Below are positions 59,101 to 64,000 of a stretch of 64,000 bases of DNA, piece by piece. The translations under genes and the position numbers were made by a program. Location of the stretch: contig NC_090338.1 in assembly GCF_035084215.1 (NCBI RefSeq), forward strand, positions 8,060,001 through 8,124,000, written 5' to 3'. This DNA is from Heptranchias perlo. Lineage: Eukaryota. The notes beneath the pieces are model-generated. The model was given only the letters and a program-made list of their open reading frames with translations. It did not search any database and was not told the origin of the DNA. Each line of letters opens with the position of its first letter. Position 1 is the first letter of the stretch.

Positions 59101-60854
59101 TTTCCTTTCAAGTACTTATCCAGTTCCCTTTTGAAAGCCATGATTGAATCTGCCTCCGCCACCCCCTCAGGCAGTGCATTCCAGATCCTAACGATTCGTT
59201 GTGTGAAAAAGTTTTTCCTCATGTCAACTTTTGTTCTTTTGCCAATTACCTTAAGTCAATGACCTTTGGTTCTTGACCCTTCCACCAATGGGAACAGTTT
59301 CTCTCTATCTACTCTGTCTAGACCCTTCATGAGTTTGAATACCTCTATCAAATCTCCTTGTAACCTTCCCCGTTCCAAGGAGAACAACCCCAGCTTTTAA
59401 AATCTATCCACATAACTAAAGTACCTCATCCCTGGAATCATTCTAGTAATTATCTTCTGCACCCTCTCTAAGGCCTTCACATCTTTCCTAAAGTGCAGTG
59501 CCCAGAACTGGACACAATACTCCAGTTGTGACTGAACCAATGTTTTATAAAGGTTCATCATGACTTCCTTGCTTTTGTACTCTATGCCTCTATTTGTAAT
59601 GCCCAGGATCCTGTATGCATTTTTAACCACTTTCTCAACCTGCTTTACCATCTTCAACGATTTGTGTACATATACCCCATGATCACTCTGTTCCTGTACC
59701 CCTTTTGGAATTGTGCCATTTAGTTTTTATTATTTCTACTCATTCTTCCTACCGAAATGCATCACTTCACATTTTTCTGTGTTAAATTTCTTCTGCCACA
59801 TGTCTGGCCATGCCACCAGCCTGTCTATATCCTCTTGAGGCCTATCACTATCCTGCTTACTGTTCATTACACTTCCTTTACTGAGTCTCTGGCAGCATCT
59901 TCTTCCTTGGTAAAGACAGGTGCAAAGTATTCATTTAGTACCTCGGCCATGCCCTCTGCCGCCATGAGTAGATCTCCCTTTTTTTGGTCTCTAATCAGTC
60001 CCACCCCTCCTCTTACTACCCGTTCACTGTGTATATGCCTATAGAAGACTTTTGGATTCCCTTTTATGTTGGCTGCCAGTCTATTCTCACACTCTTTCTT
60101 TGCCCATCTTATTTACTCTATCACTTCCTCTCTGAACCTTCTATATTCAGCCTCGTTCTAACTTGTGTTATCGATCTGACATCTGTCATACACCCTTTTT
60201 TTCTGCTTCATCTTACTCTCTATCTCTTTTGTCATCCAGGGAGCTCTGGCTTTATTTGCACTACCTTTCTCCCTACATTTCTAGAATCTATCCGAACCAT
60301 CTCTTGCTTAATGGCCGCTCATTGTTCAATTACAGTTTTCCCTGCCAATCTTTGATTCTCATTTACCCAGGCCAGATCTGATCTCATCCCACTGAAATTG
60401 GCCCTACTCCAATTGAGTATTTTTACTTTAGAGTGGTCCATGTCCTTTAGATCCACAGAATGAGCCTATACTCTTTGGATTAGAAGAATTAGAGATGATT
60501 TCATTGAAACATATAAGTTTCTGAGAGAGCATGGCAGGGCAAATGCTGAGAGGCTGTTTTCCCTGGCTGACGAGTCTAGAACTAGGGGCCACAGTCTCAG
60601 AATAAGGGGCTGGCCATTTAAGAGAGATGAGGAGAAATTTCTTCACTCAGAGGGTTGTGAATATTTGGAATTCTCTACCCCAAAGATATTCAAGACTGAG
60701 ATCGATAAATTATTGGCCTCAAAGTGAATCAAGGGTTGCGGTCATCGAACGGGAAAGTGGAGTTGAGGTCGAAGTTCAGCCATGATCTTAATGAATGGCA
60801 CAAGAGGCTCAAGGGGCTGTACAGCCTACTCCTGCTGTTATTTCTTATGTTCTT
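56180..60854 (+). mobile_element. CR1 level 3: 56180-58990 and 60457-60854, from the ORF1 esterase end through degenerate ORF2
   Basis: VIISGLLPEP, VAITET, VGDFN, SQHGFIKGKSCLTNL and KFADSTKL motifs; ttcttatgttctt tail; TSD AGGC (56176-56179, 60855-60858). Confidence 0.9.
58991..60456 (-). mobile_element. CR1 level 4 (innermost), with an internal deletion near 59875
   Basis: (gaatcat)n tail; YKTLVQSQLEYCVQFW; near-TSD CGAAT/AGAAT (58986-58990, 60457-60461). Confidence 0.88.
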
Positions 60855-62739
60855 AGGCCATTTAGCCCAACAGGTCCATGCCTGTGTTTATGCTCCACAT
60901 GGGCCTCCTTCCTCTCAACTTCATCTATCCCTATCAGCATATTCTTGTATTCCTTTCTCCCTCATTTGTTTATCTGGCTTCCCTTTAAATGCATCTATCC
61001 AATCGCCTCAAGTACTCAGTGGTAGCGAGTTCCACATTCCAACCACTCTCTGGGTAAAGAGTTTCTCCCAAATTCCCTATTGGATTTATTAGTAACTATC
61101 TTATATTTATGGCCCCTAGTTCTAGTTTCCACTGAAAGTGGAATCATCTTCTCTATGTGTTACCTATCAAACCCTTTCATAATCTTAAAAACCTTTATCA
61201 AGTCACCCCTCAGTCTTCTCTTTTCTAGAGAAAAGAACCGTAGCCTGCTCAATCTTTTCTGATAGGTATAAGCTCTCAGTTCTGGTATCATTCCAGTAAA
61301 TATCTTTTGCATCTTCTCCAGTGCTTTTCTACCCTTTTTATAATATGAAGACCAAAACTGTTCATAGTACTCCAAGTGTGGACTAATGAAGTTTCTAAAC
61401 AAATTTAACATAACTTCTCTGCTTTTCAATTCTGTCCATCTAGAAATGAACTCCAGTGCTTGGTTTGCCTTTTTTTATGGCATATGAACCTGCATCACTA
61501 CTTTTAGTGATTTGTGTATCTGTACCCCCAGATCCCTCAGCTCTTCTACCCCATTTAGACTAAAGGTATAGAGAATAAAATGAAACAGTAAAATGAGACT
61601 TATGACAAATGTAAGATTCTCAATATAGGAGGGAACCAAACTGAATGCAGAAAGTACAGAGGAGATCTAAAAAATGAATAAATTTAACACAGAGAAGTGA
61701 TAAGTGATTCATCTTGATAGGAAGATTAAGGGGAGGCAATATAAAAGAAATGGTACAGTTTTAAAGGGTGTGCAGGTACAGAGAGACCTTGGGATGTACG
61801 TACACAAGTCTTTGATGGAGGCAGGACAAGTTGAGAAGGCTGTTAGAAAAGCATATGAGATCCTGGGCTTTATCAATAGAGGCATAGAGTACAAAAGCAA
61901 GGAAGTTACGCTAAACTTTCATAAAACACTGGTTAGGCCCCAGCTGGGATATTGTATCTAATTCTTGGCACCACACTTTAGGAAGGATGTCGCCTTTGAT
62001 TCTTTTGCATAATACCTTAAATCTTTCTCCCCTGATTACTGACCATTATTCCAATGGGAAGAGTTTCTCCCTATTCACTCTATCAAAATCCTTCATGATT
62101 TTGAACACCTCCATCAAGACTTCACTTACGTGGAGAGACTGGAGGAACTAGGGTTGTTCTGCTTAGATCGGGGAAGGCAAAGGGGAGATTTGATAGAGGT
62201 GTTCAAAATCATGAAGGATTTTGATAGAGTGAATAGGGAGAAACTGTTTCCACTGACAGAAGTATCGGTAACCAGAGGACACAGATTTAAGGTAATTTGC
62301 AAAAGAATCAGAGGCGACATGAAGAAAAAAAATGTTATGATCTGGAATTTATTGCCTGAAAGGATGGTAGAATCAGACTCAGTAATAACTTTCAAATGGG
62401 ATTTGGATAAATACTTGATGGGGAAAGAGCAGGGGTGTGGAACTATTTGGATAGCTCTTTCAAAGAGCTGGCACAGGCACGATGGGCCGAATGGCCCCCT
62501 TCTGTGCTGCATCATTCTATGATTCCATAAAAATCCTGGGTTTAGAATTGATATTTTTGCATGTAGATGTGACTCAATGAGTTGAATTTGGTCTGTGCAG
62601 TCTGAGCATGTGTAGTGTGACTAATTTCTGAGGTTGCCTCAGTACCGCTCAATCCTGTATACTGATGGATATCCTAGCAATTTCAACTGAAAAGTTTTTC
62701 ATATTTAGATTGGATATTTTTATTCAAAAAACAAAGCGC

Positions 62740-62749
62740 TGTGTGTGTT

Positions 62750-62780
<31 letters not shown>
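62740..62780. repeat. (GT)n(GA)n microsatellite
   Basis: gtgtgtgtttgtgtgtgtgtgtgtgtgagagagagagaga; a shorter paralogous version lies at 45915-45955. Confidence 0.85.
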
Positions 62781-63289
62781 TAGACACAGAGATACATGTC
62801 CAGGAAGCAATCATCAAAGACAAAGTTCAGAATTCCGTTAGAATGTTAGAAAGCAATGCTGCTAGACTGGGGAATTAGCCCCCTCCTCCCCTATGCATAC
62901 GATGACCTTCCCTTCTTCACTTCTGACAAATGCCAGGAAACTACCACTGAGCAAAACCTCACGTTCAACCCATAGTTTTATGTATATATTCCACAACTCC
63001 ATCTACCACGTACAATCATGACGGCAGTTGAACAACCGTGCCACTAGATAGAGCTACATAAACTTCAGAAGTTTTGGATCCTCATACCTATGCCTACAAT
63101 ATCACTATTTCACTCTGAGGGAAGATTGTTTTGCCCTGACTTACCCTGGCCAAAACAACTGGAGATCCACTATTAAATTAAAATAATTGAACAAACAAGT
63201 CATATTGAACGCGGCTCTTCTACAGACCCACACTGGGCTCTGATCCCCATTAGTACTGCAGCTTTGCAGATAGCTTGGCAAGTACATCA

Positions 63290-63995
63290 AATTAATAGTG
63301 TAAAGGCACACTCAATCGCACCCGTCTTTTAGAAACTTCGTACCACCTCCCAGTTCAAGGAAAAACTTGGAAACAAAAATGTACTTTAAATGTTTGTATC
63401 TCTCTGGTCAAGTTTCCACCCATAAGAGAACTAAGAAGTCCCTAACCAATCTCACAAATTACATGCTTTGTGATTGTGACCGTGGTGCCTTATCCCTTCT
63501 CGTTCTCCACCTTCTCTCTGAAGCCTTTGACATGCGAGACCAGAAAATGCTCTCCCAACATCTCTGCTGTGTTGCCATACTCAGTATGACTTCCCTCGGT
63601 CGATTCCATTGTTACCTATCACGTGATATCTCGAGCATCTGCAACGCTGGCTTATCTGTCTGTACCCGCCTTGCTATCTCTTTTGGTCCACAAGGATCTA
63701 TCCTTTCCCGCTCCTCTTCCTCAACTACATGCTAATCCTTGGTGACATCATCCACAGAAATGGGGTCAGCTTCCACATAGTATGTTGTTAACAATCAGAT
63801 CTATTTGTCCACCACGACTCTCGACCACTCCACTGACTCTATGTTGCTGGATTGCTTGACGGACATTCTTTGGTGAGCTGCAATTTACTTCAGTTAAACT
63901 TTGGGAAAACCAAAGGCATCGACGGAAGGCCACTGCTACAAACTCGATACCCTTGCAATTAATTCCATCTCCCTCCTTGGCCATTGTCTCAGGCT
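63290..63995 (+). mobile_element. Degraded L2-like LINE RT remnant
   Basis: SLLVLHLLSEAFDMRDQKMLSQHL resembles the L2 motif LLVLLDLSAAFDTVDH.ILL.RL; pyrimidine-rich context. Confidence 0.55.
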
Positions 63996-64000
63996 GAACC

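Larger units (their letters stand above)
56135..61558 (-). mobile_element. CR1 level 2: 56135-56179 and 60855-61558
   Basis: Tail tagaatcacatagaattacatagagtgtacagcacagaaacaggc resumes as aggccatttagccc; TSD ACTAAA (56129-56134, 61559-61564). Confidence 0.85.
55207..62527 (+). mobile_element. Outer CR1 (level 1 of the nest): 55207-56134 and 61559-62527, internally deleted
   Basis: APE ITEIWL up to agagctcccttgataactaaa, resuming as actaaaggtatagagaataaaa; RT C-terminus and attctatgattcc tail; TAAAA on both sides (55202-55206, 62528-62532). Confidence 0.85.

Overview
This is vertebrate genomic DNA, inferred to be cartilaginous fish (shark-like repeat families), covering part of a clustered protocadherin (Pcdh) variable-exon array. 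Seven tandem + strand units occur in two subfamilies. Group A: V1 (<2-2251, cut by the window edge), V2 (6190-8586), pseudogene psi1 (~15498-16995) and V3 (18315-20711). Group B: V4 (33750-36143), pseudogene psi2 (39886-44444) and V5 (51627-54020). Each complete ORF (V2-V5) encodes signal peptide, six cadherin repeats, TM and a short tail with a PCDH10/beta-like Y.VCLSPES.K[ST]DFLFLKP motif. Every intact ORF ends in its own stop codon, and no constant exon is visible. The four intact units with visible upstream DNA carry a conserved CGCT-box promoter about 250-270 bp before the ATG; this box is point-mutated in psi1 and deleted in psi2. Spacers contain CR1 LINEs (including a four-level nest with traceable TSDs), a second LINE family, two solo LTRs, a Harbinger transposase remnant, palindromic MITEs, Deu-type SINE tails and a Penelope-like hairpin. 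All alignments were done by eye, so repeat boundaries are approximate and family names are unverified by database search.
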